A DNA stretch of 64,000 bases from an uncultured bacterium. Lineage in GTDB: Bacteria > Patescibacteriota > JACMRA01. Both the position numbers and the translations under genes were made by a program. Positions 19,557 through 29,556 of the stretch are shown here, one piece after another; the first letter of the stretch is position 1, and every line of letters begins with the position of its first letter. Where the stretch lies: positions 512,001-576,000 of the forward strand of contig OY969926.1 in NCBI GenBank assembly GCA_963704645.1, in the 5' to 3' direction. Below the pieces are notes generated by a model. It saw only the letters and a list, made by a program, of their open reading frames with translations, searched no databases and was not told where the DNA came from.

Positions 19557-20063
19557 TTAGCTAAACAAATTAACAACTTTGGCGTTTTCTATTCCACCAA
19601 TTCCTGTGTCAGAGGTTGGCATTACTAATAATTTACGGTTCTGTGGTTCTCCAACGCTGGTAGTTTGCAAACCTTTAATTTCTGCTAAAATACCGTGAAC
19701 TAACTTTCTTTCGTAGCCACTTAACCCTGTTAAAATAATTGTTGTTCCTTGCTTTAATACTATTTCTTCAGCTAAAACAGGTACGCGTTCGCCAATTAGT
19801 TTTTCTCTAGATTTTTTGGCACCGGCAACATCAAGCAAGAAATGTTCTTTTTCTTCTGGAAAAGTGTGGTGAACAATTACTCTTGCAATATGTTGTAAGC
19901 TGAAGATGAAGTTTGGATCGGTTGGAATTGGGTTTGTTTTGGAATTAATAGTAATTCTATACTGCTGACTTTCTTTTTCAACTAAATATTCTGGGTCAAT
20001 ACCCATAGGTTGCAATAGACTGCCAATAACTTCCAATAAAAAACTTTGGTAGTCTGGATTCAT
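19557..20063 (-). CDS. Jag/KhpB-like KH-R3H RNA-binding protein
   Basis: LSGYERKLVH (R3H), TTSVGEPQNR, SLQHI. Confidence 0.8.
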   Translation of the reverse strand: MNPDYQSFLLEVIGSLLQPMGIDPEYLVEKESQQYRITINSKTNPIPTDPNFIFSLQHIARVIVHHTFPEEKEHFLLDVAGAKKSREKLIGERVPVLAEEIVLKQGTTIILTGLSGYERKLVHGILAEIKGLQTTSVGEPQNRKLLVMPTSDTGIGGIENAKVVNLFS

Positions 20064-20227
20064 ACTGAAGTATAGGAATAGTTACTATGCTATTTGTCAA
20101 GGAAATATAGATAAATAGAGTTATTAAAGTTAAAAACATCTTCACGGCATGTTCCACGAAAAATGTAACAAAAAATTCTTCGTTTTACCGTTATTCAATG
20201 ACCTATACCCTGAAACAAGTTCAGGGT

Positions 20228-21307
20228 TGTATATGTCAACTTATTCAGTGACAGAATTAAGTTTCTCATAGGGAGTAATATTACCAATACCTTGATGTCT
20301 TCTAATATGGTTGAAGTAGCAACAATATTCAAATAATTCTTCTTCTAAACTTTCTTTATCTGGGTATACTTGCTCTCTAAGTAATTCTTCCTCTAAACTT
20401 CTCCAGAATCTTTCTACTTTACCATTGGTTTGTGGCCTGTAGGCTCTAGTGTACTTATGCTTAATGTTGTATTCTAACAGTAATCTTTCAAATGGATGGT
20501 TTTGTTTGTTTTCTTCTTTTGTTTCTTTCCTTCCAAATTCGGGTCCATTGTCTGTTAATATACTTTGAAAATCTATGTTGTAACATCTATTGAATACTGC
20601 TAATAATCTTTGAGTATAAAGCATAACTGTTAGAGCTTGCAGATTAGGTATTAGTATGGTCATAACTATTCTAGTAAAGTCATCTGTTAAGCTTAGTAGA
20701 AAGTATTCATTCTTTTCACCCTCCAGTATTCCTTTAGCTAGTCTGTGGCAATCCATATGGCCTAATTCTCCTGCTTTATCTTTAATGATTCTTCTTTTGT
20801 TAGTTTGAATTACTCTTGGATCTAATCTATTCAATCCTTTCTTTAATAGTATATTGTAAATAGTCGTAGGTGAAGGAGTATATTTACCATACTTAGGTAA
20901 AAGGAAATCGTGTATCTCATATCTACCAAATCCTTGGTTTCTAAGTTCAATAATCTTATTCTGTATGAAAGGAATACTTTTTAAACTACCAAACTTTCTC
21001 CCTCTTTTCTTTGGAATTAAACTACTATCCATAGAAACTAATTTATACCTATTGTAATATTTGATGAAGTTTTGTCTAGTTATATTATTTGCTTTGTAGA
21101 ATTCATTTACAAATACATATCTAGGATGTTTCCTTGTTTTAATTAATTCATATTCTTGAACTAATTGTTTCATATGTCTAAGGTAATTCTTGGTTAAAGT
21201 ATTATCATTTAAACGCATATTATGTTAGAATATATGTTGTTAAAAATTTAACAGAAATAATCTAAAAGAAGATTTAAATTCTGTCACTGAAATTTATGAC
21301 ATATACA
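20228..21307 (-). mobile_element. IS481-family insertion sequence, copy 2 (1080 bp)
   Basis: Same IRs as copy 1; AGGGT direct repeats at 20223-20227 and 21308-21312. Confidence 0.93.
20241..21218 (-). CDS. IS481-family transposase
   Basis: Protein identical to 2535..3512; one synonymous AAC/AAT difference seen at codon 4. Confidence 0.93.
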   Translation of the reverse strand: MRLNDNTLTKNYLRHMKQLVQEYELIKTRKHPRYVFVNEFYKANNITRQNFIKYYNRYKLVSMDSSLIPKKRGRKFGSLKSIPFIQNKIIELRNQGFGRYEIHDFLLPKYGKYTPSPTTIYNILLKKGLNRLDPRVIQTNKRRIIKDKAGELGHMDCHRLAKGILEGEKNEYFLLSLTDDFTRIVMTILIPNLQALTVMLYTQRLLAVFNRCYNIDFQSILTDNGPEFGRKETKEENKQNHPFERLLLEYNIKHKYTRAYRPQTNGKVERFWRSLEEELLREQVYPDKESLEEELFEYCCYFNHIRRHQGIGNITPYEKLNSVTE

Positions 21308-21332
21308 AGGGTGACAGCTTGCTACAACATCA

Positions 21333-22715
21333 CTACCAAAGACTTAGGTTTTTATATGTAATTAACTTACTATCTTTTGTACAAAATTGGTATCTGTCTA
21401 CAATTCTATTATAACAATTTGCTTCATTTATCCATTCAACGGTGTAATATCCCAAAATATTTTTGTTGTAGATTTCTTTATCAAACCAGATTGCAATAAC
21501 TTTATTGGGGGTGTGAACAAAAATTCTATTCCAGCTGGAATAATAACTTAGTTTAACATTTTCTAAGTTTTCATCAAGTTTTAAAGTGGCTATAGTGTTC
21601 CACTCTTTTAAATATAAATTGTAAGTGTGAACTATTTTTTGATCGTCTATCCAAAATAAAGAATTGCCAGATGTTTCATACACTTGGGCGTTGTTAGCTA
21701 GTTTAATCCATTCATTTGGTTCATAATCTGGTATGTAGTATAAATTTTGTTCAATTTGAACCAATAAACCTTGATTCAGACTTTCTAAAGTCATTCTTTT
21801 CCATGCAGGCACAGTTTTTGGTATAAGGCTTATTTCTTCAGGGAAAACCGAATATATTTTGTCTGTTAAAATAAAGTTGTTAACGTCTTGAATTCCTCTG
21901 TTTAATCGTATTAAATTGTTATCTTTTCTTAACCAAACGTTATTTGGAGTTTGGGTTGAAGTTAAGTTCTGAATATTATCTTCTAGGTAAATAAAACTCT
22001 CAACTTCTAAATTTAATTGCCACAACAAATTATTTGTATCTAAAGCCAAAAAAGTTGATTGCTCCAAAACCACAAGAGAAGAAAAACTGTTGGGGAAAAT
22101 GGCCAAGTTTGTTAAAGTCCAAGTCGATTCATTTTTATTTAAAACTAAGTTGTCTTTAGGGTTCCAAAAAGCATTCTGTCCTAAATTAACCCAGTTGTTG
22201 GAGGTTATTTCAGTAACTATGCCAGTTAATTTTACTTCCTCTAAATTGCCTTGGGCTCCTGTAAAAGCATATTGCTGAACAAAAAATTTATTATCTCTCT
22301 GTGCCAGAAGATATGAATCTGAAAGAAAAGTTAGGTTTTTAACATTTTCAAACTTTGCAATTTCATCATTTTTTTGTGGGAGCAAAGATAATTTGGTAAT
22401 TCTGGCTGAAGTGTTTTGATCTGGTGAAGCCCAAACTAAAAAGTTTTCGGGTTGGTACCCATCCAGTTTTATTTCTATAGGAATTGTTTGATTATCTTTG
22501 GCTTTAAGTTCCTGCGGAGTTTCTAAAATTTTCTTCCCCTGATTAATAATATCTGCTCCTCGGGGTAAAGTTTCAATATTAATAGAAATTGTATTGTTTA
22601 GCTTTCTGTTAGCCAAGTTTAAATCAAAACCTAGGGAGTATATAACAATGAACGGAACTGCTATTACAAAAAAAATAGCAAAGATTCTAGAAAAGTTGTG
22701 CCTGTAGTTTGGCAT
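21333..22715 (-). CDS. PEGA-domain membrane-anchored protein
   Basis: N-terminal TM, then INIETLPRGADI...TP...IKLDGY. Confidence 0.7.
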   Translation of the reverse strand: MPNYRHNFSRIFAIFFVIAVPFIVIYSLGFDLNLANRKLNNTISINIETLPRGADIINQGKKILETPQELKAKDNQTIPIEIKLDGYQPENFLVWASPDQNTSARITKLSLLPQKNDEIAKFENVKNLTFLSDSYLLAQRDNKFFVQQYAFTGAQGNLEEVKLTGIVTEITSNNWVNLGQNAFWNPKDNLVLNKNESTWTLTNLAIFPNSFSSLVVLEQSTFLALDTNNLLWQLNLEVESFIYLEDNIQNLTSTQTPNNVWLRKDNNLIRLNRGIQDVNNFILTDKIYSVFPEEISLIPKTVPAWKRMTLESLNQGLLVQIEQNLYYIPDYEPNEWIKLANNAQVYETSGNSLFWIDDQKIVHTYNLYLKEWNTIATLKLDENLENVKLSYYSSWNRIFVHTPNKVIAIWFDKEIYNKNILGYYTVEWINEANCYNRIVDRYQFCTKDSKLITYKNLSLW

Positions 22716-22811
22716 ATTATATATAATATTTTAGCCTAAAATAGCTTATTGTCAAAAAATGCACATACTAAATTGACAAAAGAAACTGATGAAACAATGT
22801 TTTAAGGTACC

Positions 22812-22937
22812 ATGGATCAATTATTCGAAAAATACAAATTGCTTTGGCTAGCCTTAATTGGTTTGGTTGTTTGTGCTTTTGTAGTAAGTATGTTAATTGG
22901 CGTAAACTGGATACTAATATTTTTAAAGAAGTTATAG
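22812..22937 (+). CDS. Small single-TM protein upstream of mraY
   Basis: MDQLFEKYKLLWLALIGLVVCAFVVSMLIGVNWILIFLKKL; stop 4 nt before the mraY ATG; TTGACA upstream. Confidence 0.5.
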   Translation: MDQLFEKYKLLWLALIGLVVCAFVVSMLIGVNWILIFLKKL

Positions 22938-22941
22938 CATT

Positions 22942-24087
22942 ATGAAAGAATTACTTGTTGATCAAATACTTATTGAAGCAGCCAAGCTGTTTACTTTTAC
23001 GGCTGTATCTTATTTAATTGCAATTTGGTGGGCTCCTTACTTAATAAAATTGTTAGTATTCCTTAAATTTTGGAAGAAAAAAAGCAGATCTGCAACCATG
23101 ACAGGTGAAGAATTGACTGTAACCAAAGATTTTTATAAACAGGATGAAGCTAAGTTGCAGGTACCAAGAGCTGGAGGGCTTTTAATTTGGATTACCACTA
23201 TTTCTTTTGCTATTTTTTTGTGGCTTTTACTTAAAATTGAACCAACTGTTTTAATAGGAACAGAGCCAGATAACAAAACTTTTGAATTTCTAAATTTTAT
23301 TTCTAGAAGACAAACTTTTATTCCTATTGCAACATTGTTTTTTGCTTCGGTTCTTGGTTTTATAGACGATGCTTTGGCTGTAATGCAAAGCGGTGGAAAC
23401 TATTTTGCGGGTGGTTTAAAACTAAACTACAGAGTTTTTGCTATGCTTGCTTTAAGTGTTGGAGTTGGGCTTTGGTTTCATTTAAGGCTAGGGCTAAACC
23501 AAATTAGCATTTTTGGTTACCATTTGCAATTTTCAGACATTCCACTTCCTTTTGGTATAAACAGTGGTTGGTTAATTGTGCTGGTTACTATTGGGGTGTT
23601 AATGGGGTTGTGGGGAAGCTCTATGATAGATGGTTTTGATGGAATGAGTGCTGGAGTTTTTATTCCTATTTATTTGTGCTTTGCCGCAATTTCTTTTGCT
23701 AAAGGTTTTTACGATATTTCTACTTTCTTAATGGTTATGGTTGGAGCAATGGCTGCTTATTTATGGTATAATATTCCACCAGCTAAGTTTTACATGGGTG
23801 ACACAGGAACTATGGGAATTTTAGCAACTCTGGGCGTTGTAGCAATAATGACAGATACAATTTATATTTTACCAATTGCAGGCTTCATTTTGCTACTTAC
23901 AGAAGGTTCGGTTATAATTCAAACGCTATCAAAGAAAATTTTTAAAAGAAAAGTGTTTTTAGCTGCTCCTCTTCATCACCATTTAGAAGCAATTGGCTGG
24001 ACAAAAAGCCAGGTTACTATGAGGTATTGGTTAATTTCAATTATGTCCTCGGTGTTGGCGTTGGCTATTGGCTTATTGTATAAGTAG
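22942..24087 (+). CDS. mraY: Phospho-N-acetylmuramoyl-pentapeptide transferase
   Basis: GFIDD, DGFDG, PAKFYMGDTG, APLHHHLE. Confidence 0.92.
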   Translation: MKELLVDQILIEAAKLFTFTAVSYLIAIWWAPYLIKLLVFLKFWKKKSRSATMTGEELTVTKDFYKQDEAKLQVPRAGGLLIWITTISFAIFLWLLLKIEPTVLIGTEPDNKTFEFLNFISRRQTFIPIATLFFASVLGFIDDALAVMQSGGNYFAGGLKLNYRVFAMLALSVGVGLWFHLRLGLNQISIFGYHLQFSDIPLPFGINSGWLIVLVTIGVLMGLWGSSMIDGFDGMSAGVFIPIYLCFAAISFAKGFYDISTFLMVMVGAMAAYLWYNIPPAKFYMGDTGTMGILATLGVVAIMTDTIYILPIAGFILLLTEGSVIIQTLSKKIFKRKVFLAAPLHHHLEAIGWTKSQVTMRYWLISIMSSVLALAIGLLYK

Positions 24088-24214
24088 GGGGAAAGCTTCA
24101 GAGATTATGTTACCTTTCTCTGATTATTTTTTGACCATAAAAAAAGCCCCTGTCGTTTAATTTGCTACTAGATGTAGCATAACGAACAAGGGTGTTTTGG
24201 TTTTTTGAATTAAA

Positions 24215-25888
24215 CTACTGCTGCTGAGGTGGACGTGGGGGTGTCGCTGGTGCTTGTGCATTTAAACTTGTAGCTACGGGGTTTGGTGAAACGGCGGTTT
24301 GAATACCAGGACTCGGAGCAGCTGCTCCGCCAACAACTTGTGTTTTTTGAGGTGTAGCTTGTGCAGGTGAAGTATTAGGGTTGGCATTGTTAGATGCTTG
24401 TCCGTACTCTTTTTCTTTCGCAGCTTTTTCAAAAACATAGTAATTTTGGCTAATCCATTTTCGATTTCCTTCTATAGCTTTTTGATGAAACTCAGTGCCT
24501 AGTTTTAGTATCTCAGCTTTAGTTGCGGTACAGAACTGTCCACTTTTAGCTCCATGACGAGCAAGGGTGGACTTCTTTTCATACTTCTCTTTTTCAGAGT
24601 TGTACTGTTCTTCTGTAATAGCACCTAAAAAGTGTTTTACGTTGAGACAGCAATGTATATGAATCCAGTCACCTAAAGATACTCCAGTGTGAACATATTT
24701 TTTCTTGCCGTACTCTTCAGCAATTTCTTTTACTTGCTTCTGTTTTTTAGCTGTGAGTTCTTTACGTAAAGTTTCTTGTTTAGTTAGAACATCTTCCTGT
24801 ATTTGAGTGGGTATAAAACCACACCAAGTCCAAGCTGCTAAAAAGGCTGCGTGCATTATAATAGAGGTAAACACATCGGATTTATTCAATACCATTGACT
24901 CAGCTGAGGTAATTACGTTGTAAGAAGCCAATAACCCAAATATAAAATATTTAAGGTATGGACCAATCTCTCTTACAACAACTAATTTACCATTTTTTGT
25001 AACAACTTTCTCAGGTCTATCGATTCTGGGAGATAGAGGTATATTTAGTAATTCTCCTTCCCAAAACGTACAACTATAAAGAAAGAAGGCTACGATGAAG
25101 GGTATGTTAATTTTAGGTTCTGTTCTGAATTTAGGGCCGTTATATTTTGCTGCTGGAATTGGCGTTGTGTTTATGTCATTATGACAAAAACGCTGACTGC
25201 TAGGATTTTTTGGGTCTGCAAAATTACATTCACCCTTAACAAAACCATAACGAGAAACTTCAATAATTAAATTAGAAGCTGCTTGAGTTGGGTTGCCTGA
25301 TGGAAAGAATTTTTCCATAAAGTTACCTGAAGTTCCAGCAAGAACGAAAGCTAAAAAACACTGCATAGCAAACTTTTTTGGATCTATACCTACATTACTT
25401 ATTTGAGTGAGTAGATTGTAAGTATTTAGATTGTAATAAGTTTTCTTATCTGGCTTTATTCTTCCCTTTAAAAAAGGTACGAACATAGGACCAAGAGCAC
25501 TGCTTGTTAAAGCTTTTTCAAATTCAACATATTGCTCGTGGGTAAATAAACACCCGGCTGCTTGTCTGCTTGTTTCAAAATAAGATGAAACAAGAAAGAA
25601 TGTTAGTTGAAGGAGAATTGCTGGCTTGCCACCGTCGAATCCTTGAAATAAGGGAATGACTAGAAGCCATCCAGAAATTTGGCTAAACATTCCAAATATA
25701 AATTGCATTGGGATGGATAGAATAGGCTCCACAGAGTGAAACAAACTATTTATGCCAACGCAAAAAACTAAAGGAACTAAACCAAACATTTGCGGACTTT
25801 CCAGAAGTTTCTGAAAAAATTCAGCCGTGTACTTGCCATTACCTCCACTGTTGTTGTGACTCGGTGAAGTTGGACTACTTGCCACCAT
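24215..25888 (-). CDS. Orphan multi-TM protein with P/Q/A-rich C-tail
   Basis: 557-aa ORF with hydrophobic segments; no family recognised. Confidence 0.6.
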   Translation of the reverse strand: MVASSPTSPSHNNSGGNGKYTAEFFQKLLESPQMFGLVPLVFCVGINSLFHSVEPILSIPMQFIFGMFSQISGWLLVIPLFQGFDGGKPAILLQLTFFLVSSYFETSRQAAGCLFTHEQYVEFEKALTSSALGPMFVPFLKGRIKPDKKTYYNLNTYNLLTQISNVGIDPKKFAMQCFLAFVLAGTSGNFMEKFFPSGNPTQAASNLIIEVSRYGFVKGECNFADPKNPSSQRFCHNDINTTPIPAAKYNGPKFRTEPKINIPFIVAFFLYSCTFWEGELLNIPLSPRIDRPEKVVTKNGKLVVVREIGPYLKYFIFGLLASYNVITSAESMVLNKSDVFTSIIMHAAFLAAWTWCGFIPTQIQEDVLTKQETLRKELTAKKQKQVKEIAEEYGKKKYVHTGVSLGDWIHIHCCLNVKHFLGAITEEQYNSEKEKYEKKSTLARHGAKSGQFCTATKAEILKLGTEFHQKAIEGNRKWISQNYYVFEKAAKEKEYGQASNNANPNTSPAQATPQKTQVVGGAAAPSPGIQTAVSPNPVATSLNAQAPATPPRPPQQQ

Positions 25889-26069
25889 CTCTTTTCCTCA
25901 CTTTAATTCAAAATGTTAATTTGGTAATTTGTAACAAAAACAAATACCATTTAAATTCTAAGCATGAAAAAATGCTTTGGTCAAAAAATTTTTGGGTTGG
26001 TTGGGAATGTTGTTTTAATGAAGGTTTTTGTGGGTTGGGTATTAGTTATTCTCTGTGTAACTTGGAACA

Positions 26070-26092
26070 GGAGAATCAAGATTCTCCCCTAC
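26070..26092 (-). repeat. GTAG-type REP
   Basis: Reverse complement GTAGG-GGAGAAT-CTTG-ATTCTCC. Confidence 0.65.
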
Positions 26093-26209
26093 GAAAGTTA
26101 CACATTATAAATTTAAACTGCTGTAATTGACATGTTTAAATGAATACGGTTCTTGGTAATGTAATACATTAGCTAATTTAAGCCAATTAATTATTAGTGC
26201 AAACATAAT

Positions 26210-28036
26210 ATGCTCTCCCAAATTCCCAATTCCCCACAAACAATAATTGCCATTTATGCCAGTGAAAATATGGGTGTAACCATGGTGTATTTGGGTTGGG
26301 TAGATTCTGTAGAAAATAGTTCAATCTCAACCGAGCAGCAAGCAAGCATTGATTTAAATACAGAAGAAGAATTGTCAGAATTTCAAAATTGGGTTTCTTC
26401 CCAAAGCTCTAAATTATTATTTTTATATGTTAAAACTTTTGCACATCAAATTGGTTTATTTGGTAATTTCCCTAAAAATTGTTTTGATATTTCTTTAGGT
26501 TTAGAATTGGGAAATTTTAATATTTCCAAAACTACCCCGATTGCTATGCAATCACCCCTTACCAAGGGTACTGATGTTGCTAAAGAAGATGCACATCCCG
26601 AGGCTTCTGCTCAGTCCTTTTTTGAGGGGGCATTGCCTTCTAATAATAATTCTAAACCGGAGTATTTAATTCAAACTTATTTGTTTTTGCAGCAAAATTT
26701 GCCTTCCCAAATATTTAAATTGTGGCAGGAAATTGAATCACCTTTAAGTTTTGTTCTAGCTAAAATTGAAAAAGATGGAGCATACATTAACAAGCAATCT
26801 TTGCAAGAAACAGACACACAACTAACTTTAAAAGCCAACCAGTTGCAACAAGAAATATTGCAAAAATTTAATCAAATTTTAGGTAGCAGTGAAGCTGACC
26901 CAACCCAAAAAACTATTAATTTAAATAGTCCTGCTCAATTAGGCCAAGCTTTAAAACAAGGTGGATATTTATTAAAAGAAACAAAAACTGGTAAAATTTC
27001 TACAGATAGAGCGGTGTTGGAAGAGCTTCTTTTAACTGATGAAAATAATTTAATTCAACCCATTTTAGATTACCGCACAGTTGCCAAATTAAGTTCAACT
27101 TATACCCAAACCTTTTTGCAGGTGCTAGATGAAAACAGTAGGATTCACACCCAGTATAACCAGCTAGGTTCGGCTACTGGTAGAATTTCTAGTAACAACC
27201 CTAATTTGCAAAATATTCCAATTCGCAATCCAGAATATGGTCCGTTAATACGTTCTTGTTTTGCAGCTGAAAAAGGAAATAGCTTAATTTGTGCAGATTA
27301 TTCCCAAATAGAATTACGTTTGCTGGCTCATTTTTGCGGGGACGAAGTTTTAACCGAAGCTTTTGCTTTGAACCAAGATATTCACCAAAGAACGGCCTCG
27401 GAAATTTTTGATGTGCCTTTAGTTAGTGTTACTAAACAGCAACGCAGATTGGGTAAAACCTTGAATTTTGCTTTGGTTTACCAACAAGGAAGCTTTGCCA
27501 CAGCAGTACAACTTGGAATTTCCCAGAAAGAAGCAGCAGCATTTATTAACAAGTATTTTGATAAATTTAGTAAGGTAAAACCTTTTATTGAAAGCACAAT
27601 TACAAAAGCTAAAGAAACAGGCTTCGTAGAAACTTTGTTTGGTCGCAGAAGGCATTTTCAGAACTTAAATTCAAGCATGGTAATGTTACGTAAAATAGAC
27701 GAACGGGCAGCATTTAACGCCGTTTTACAAGGTAGCAACGCCGATTTAATTAAAAAAGCCATGGTGCAATTACACCAAATTTTTGAAACAGGGGAAACCT
27801 CCAGCCTGCAAACTTTAAGCAAAGAAGATAAGCAGGTTTTGTCAGGCTCAAAAATACTTAATCAAGCTAAAATGATATTACAAGTACACGATGAATTGAT
27901 TATAGAAGCGCCAACCCAAATTGCTAAACAAGTAGCTAAAATTGTTGAAGAAGTAATGCAATTAAACCAACCCTTAAAAGTTCCAATTTTAGTTGAGGCA
28001 GGAATTGGGGCTAATTGGAGAGATGGGAAGGAGTAG
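26210..28036 (+). CDS. polA: Family A DNA polymerase lacking the 5'-3' exonuclease domain
   Basis: ATGRISSNNPNLQNIP, motif A DYSQIELR, motif B R..GKTLNFALVY, motif C QVHDEL. Confidence 0.93.
   Translation: MLSQIPNSPQTIIAIYASENMGVTMVYLGWVDSVENSSISTEQQASIDLNTEEELSEFQNWVSSQSSKLLFLYVKTFAHQIGLFGNFPKNCFDISLGLELGNFNISKTTPIAMQSPLTKGTDVAKEDAHPEASAQSFFEGALPSNNNSKPEYLIQTYLFLQQNLPSQIFKLWQEIESPLSFVLAKIEKDGAYINKQSLQETDTQLTLKANQLQQEILQKFNQILGSSEADPTQKTINLNSPAQLGQALKQGGYLLKETKTGKISTDRAVLEELLLTDENNLIQPILDYRTVAKLSSTYTQTFLQVLDENSRIHTQYNQLGSATGRISSNNPNLQNIPIRNPEYGPLIRSCFAAEKGNSLICADYSQIELRLLAHFCGDEVLTEAFALNQDIHQRTASEIFDVPLVSVTKQQRRLGKTLNFALVYQQGSFATAVQLGISQKEAAAFINKYFDKFSKVKPFIESTITKAKETGFVETLFGRRRHFQNLNSSMVMLRKIDERAAFNAVLQGSNADLIKKAMVQLHQIFETGETSSLQTLSKEDKQVLSGSKILNQAKMILQVHDELIIEAPTQIAKQVAKIVEEVMQLNQPLKVPILVEAGIGANWRDGKE
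26528..26572 (+). repeat. 45-bp double-hairpin element in frame within polA
   Basis: AAAACTACCCC-GATTGC-TAT-GCAATC-ACCCCTTACC-AAGGGTACT; homologous to 28901..28945. Confidence 0.75.
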
Positions 28037-28106
28037 GGGAAAATTACTGACAAAAAAAACGCCTAGCTAGTGCATTTGGCGTTTATAAAATTTATTTGTA
28101 TGGCCT

Positions 28107-28535
28107 TTAGTAGTAGATAGACTGCTGTCTTCTAGCTAACTCGGCCTGAATCATTGGGTACTGTTCGTTACTCGAGAAGGCTCTGAGCACTATGAAAAGC
28201 ATTTCTTCAGCCAAGTTATATAGGCTGAATTGATACATCAAGTACAAATTTCCTGTTGAATAATTTAGTTGCAACAACAAACTTTGTACCTCGGCGAATG
28301 TCAGCAACTCGATTTTAAAATGGTTGCTGAATTTTTCCCATTTGTCTGGCTCTGGAGGATTATTGTCTAACCATTCCAAGCACCAGTCGAAGAAAGTTTC
28401 AGCAGATATTTGTTGCAAAATCTCACCTTCCATACTGTTAGCGTATGTTCGGTATGTATTTGAACAAACAGTGCTTTTAAACTTTTCATCCTCTTCTGTT
28501 AGGACTCTAATTGTTTTTGCTCCTTTGCTTAACAA
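28107..28535 (-). CDS. Orphan hypothetical protein
   Basis: 142-aa ORF converging on polA with a shared hairpin near 28058-28082. Confidence 0.5.
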   Translation of the reverse strand: MLSKGAKTIRVLTEEDEKFKSTVCSNTYRTYANSMEGEILQQISAETFFDWCLEWLDNNPPEPDKWEKFSNHFKIELLTFAEVQSLLLQLNYSTGNLYLMYQFSLYNLAEEMLFIVLRAFSSNEQYPMIQAELARRQQSIYY

Positions 28536-28662
28536 TACTTAATTACAGCATATAAAATATGTTTTGGGAAGAGGAAAAATTACTTACAATAAGAAATGCT
28601 GCTTGACATTTTTGTTTTTTGGAAAAATATTTAGTTGGAAAAATAATAATTAAAGAAACTAT

Positions 28663-28815
28663 ATGTCAAATGCTGTTGGAAGAGATTTTATGCGTGAGTT
28701 TGAACAAGCTAACGCAAAAGGAAAGAGCGCTGAGTTCCTACAGGAACAAGGTCATTTAATGACCTCGGCAGAGAAGGAGCGAATCAATATTTTGACTCAG
28801 AAATCTGCTGCATAA
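28663..28815 (+). CDS. Small protein (50 aa)
   Basis: MSNAVGRDFMREFEQANAKGKSAEFLQEQGHLMTSAEKERINILTQKSAA; TTGACA upstream; hairpin plus T-tract downstream. Confidence 0.55.
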   Translation: MSNAVGRDFMREFEQANAKGKSAEFLQEQGHLMTSAEKERINILTQKSAA

Positions 28816-28900
28816 TTCAATTTTTCTCCCATCGTATTCTGGTTATTTCGCTCTCATTACAAGTTAATTGTGAAGAGGGCTTTTTTATTGGGCGAAAAAT

Positions 28901-28945
28901 AAAACTACCCCCAAGCCTAGGGCTTGACCCCTTACCAGGGGTACT
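28901..28945 (+). repeat. 45-bp double-hairpin element, intergenic copy
   Basis: AAAACTACCCC-CAAGCC-TAG-GGCTTG-ACCCCTTACC-AGGGGTACT. Confidence 0.75.
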
Positions 28946-29045
28946 TACTCTAATTGTATTTATTGAAATGTTTTTAAACTTAACGATTTTTTAACCAAAG
29001 AAAAAACCGTCCATATTTCGAACGATTTTTAAAAGTTCTTTGCTT

Positions 29046-29441
29046 TTATAACCTAATTGGTGGACATACTTTTTTTATAGCCATATCACCAAAGTGTATT
29101 GCTAAAGCTGCTAAGTATTGCTGGGCAACTTTAAAAATACTATCACAGTCTTCTTCAAGGCCGTACTCCCTTCTTCCCAAAAAGTTTTGCACTTCAATGG
29201 TATTTAGCAAGTAGCTATAAAAGTCGTTGACGTACTCTTCCCACTCGTACCTAATTTCAGGATAAGTAGTAAGAAAGTCATATGTATAGATTGTTAAGCT
29301 AAGGCTTGAAGCATATACAACAAGCTCGTTGTTATAATTTCTCAGCCAAAGATAACTTGCTAATTGTTCCGCAATTTCTTTGTCCTCACTACTGTTATAA
29401 TTAGTTTGTATAATTTTGCTCCATTGCTTTACGGCTTCTAA
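29046..29441 (-). CDS. Open frame of 131 codons with no early canonical start (orphan or pseudogene)
   Basis: Manual translation LEAVKQWSKIIQTNYNSSEDKEIAEQLASYLW...CPPIRL*; missed by the ORF track. Confidence 0.4.
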   Translation of the reverse strand, partial: LEAVKQWSKIIQTNYNSSEDKEIAEQLASYLWLRNYNNELVVYASSLSLTIYTYDFLTTYPEIRYEWEEYVNDFYSYLLNTIEVQNFLGRREYGLEEDCDSIFKVAQQYLAALAIHFGDMAIKKVCPPIRL

Positions 29442-29556
29442 TTAATACACATAATTTTAAGGTTGTGAAGAGTGCTTTGGGTTTTTGAATATTGACAAAA
29501 TGAATTTTAAGTGACTCTCTAAAATAGATTTAGTATAGTAAGAGGTAGCCTTTATT

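Noticed and set aside
2446-21307. Composite transposon or past inversion bounded by the inverted IS481 copies
   Set aside because: Each copy has its own intact target (hairpin on the left, AGGGTGACA on the right), and the enclosed DNA holds core genes and tRNAs; independent insertions explain it
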